64,000 bases of DNA from a virus. The position numbers were made by a program, and so were the translations under genes. Positions 63,495 to 64,000 of this stretch are shown piece by piece. Under the pieces are notes generated by a model that was not told the origin of the DNA, made no database searches, and worked only from the letters and a program-made list of their open reading frames with translations. Within the stretch, counting starts at the first letter, position 1; every line of letters begins with the position of its first letter. The stretch spans positions 64,001-128,000 of the IMG/VR virus record IMGVR_UViG_3300032224_001591. One strand, given 5' to 3'.

Positions 63495-64000
63495 ATGCCC
63501 TCAAGTTTACACGATTTAAAAGAAGCTATATTTGAACACATCAGAACGATGGTGTTAGAACATTTACCTCAACGATATAAAATATTAGATGTAGGTCCAG
63601 GAATAGGTATTTATGGAAGTAATTTAACAGATTTAAATATAGATGCTGTTGAAATTCATGAACCCTATATTGAAAAATATAATATTAAAAGATATTATAA
63701 AAATGTATTTGTAGGAGATATTACTGAATTTGATATAGACGATTATGATTATATCATTATGGGAGATGTTTTAGAACATATTCCGGTTTGGAAAGCTCAA
63801 AGATTAATCCAATCAATTACTGAAAAAAATATTAAGTGTTTAGTTGCTGTTCCTTATTTATGTCCCCAAGACGCAGTTGATGGAGTAGAATCAGAAATAC
63901 ATTATCAATGGGATTTAACTCCTAGAGTTATGAAATCAAGGTATCCTGAATTAGAATTATTTTTAAGTACTAACCATGTAAACGGATACGCTTACTATAC
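63495..64000 (+). CDS. Class I SAM-dependent methyltransferase (runs off the window end)
   Basis: ILDVGPGIGIYG, DAVEIHEPY, GDVLEH. Confidence 0.75.
   Translation, partial: MPSSLHDLKEAIFEHIRTMVLEHLPQRYKILDVGPGIGIYGSNLTDLNIDAVEIHEPYIEKYNIKRYYKNVFVGDITEFDIDDYDYIIMGDVLEHIPVWKAQRLIQSITEKNIKCLVAVPYLCPQDAVDGVESEIHYQWDLTPRVMKSRYPELELFLSTNHVNGYAYY

Noticed and set aside
1-64000. tRNA, rRNA or structured ncRNA genes
   Set aside because: Intergenic gaps are short and AT-rich, and I saw no cloverleaf or T-loop signatures; tRNAscan-SE or Infernal would be needed to exclude them fully.

Overview
This window is a 64-kb, AT-rich segment of a large T4-like (myovirus) phage genome. All credible genes lie on the + strand in standard genetic code. 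A Bacteroidota host is inferred from a type IX secretion C-terminal domain, signal peptides cleaved before Gln, and the absence of Shine-Dalgarno motifs. Gene order: (1) a >1600-aa Gly-X-X Ser/Thr-rich fibre with an S74 chaperone domain, followed by three glycosyltransferases including an Aah/TibC-like protein O-glycosyltransferase; (2) a contractile tail module (sheath, tube, gp26/gp51-like pair with a candidate +1/-2 frameshift, tape measure, baseplate); (3) an array of small genes with a shared N-terminal leader (KRMQKLAGLITE) and unrelated bodies, probably capsid-targeted, protease-processed internal proteins; (4) replication genes (PolA-like, SSB, UvsX, 5'-3' exonuclease, helicase, NrdB/NrdA); (5) a host-envelope module (cohesin/dockerin-like T9SS cargo split by an in-frame TGA, CsgG-like protein, beta-barrel, PA14 protein) next to the holin and GH19 endolysin; (6) a 7-deazaguanine DNA-modification set (DpdA-like, QueC, QueD, QueE, FolE) with atypical motifs; (7) PolB, sliding clamp, GroES/GroEL, clamp loader, DUF1599 and a methyltransferase. 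Two promoter classes are visible: TTGG-N19-TATATT and ATATTTATA. All protein calls come from motif recognition by eye; no database searches were run.
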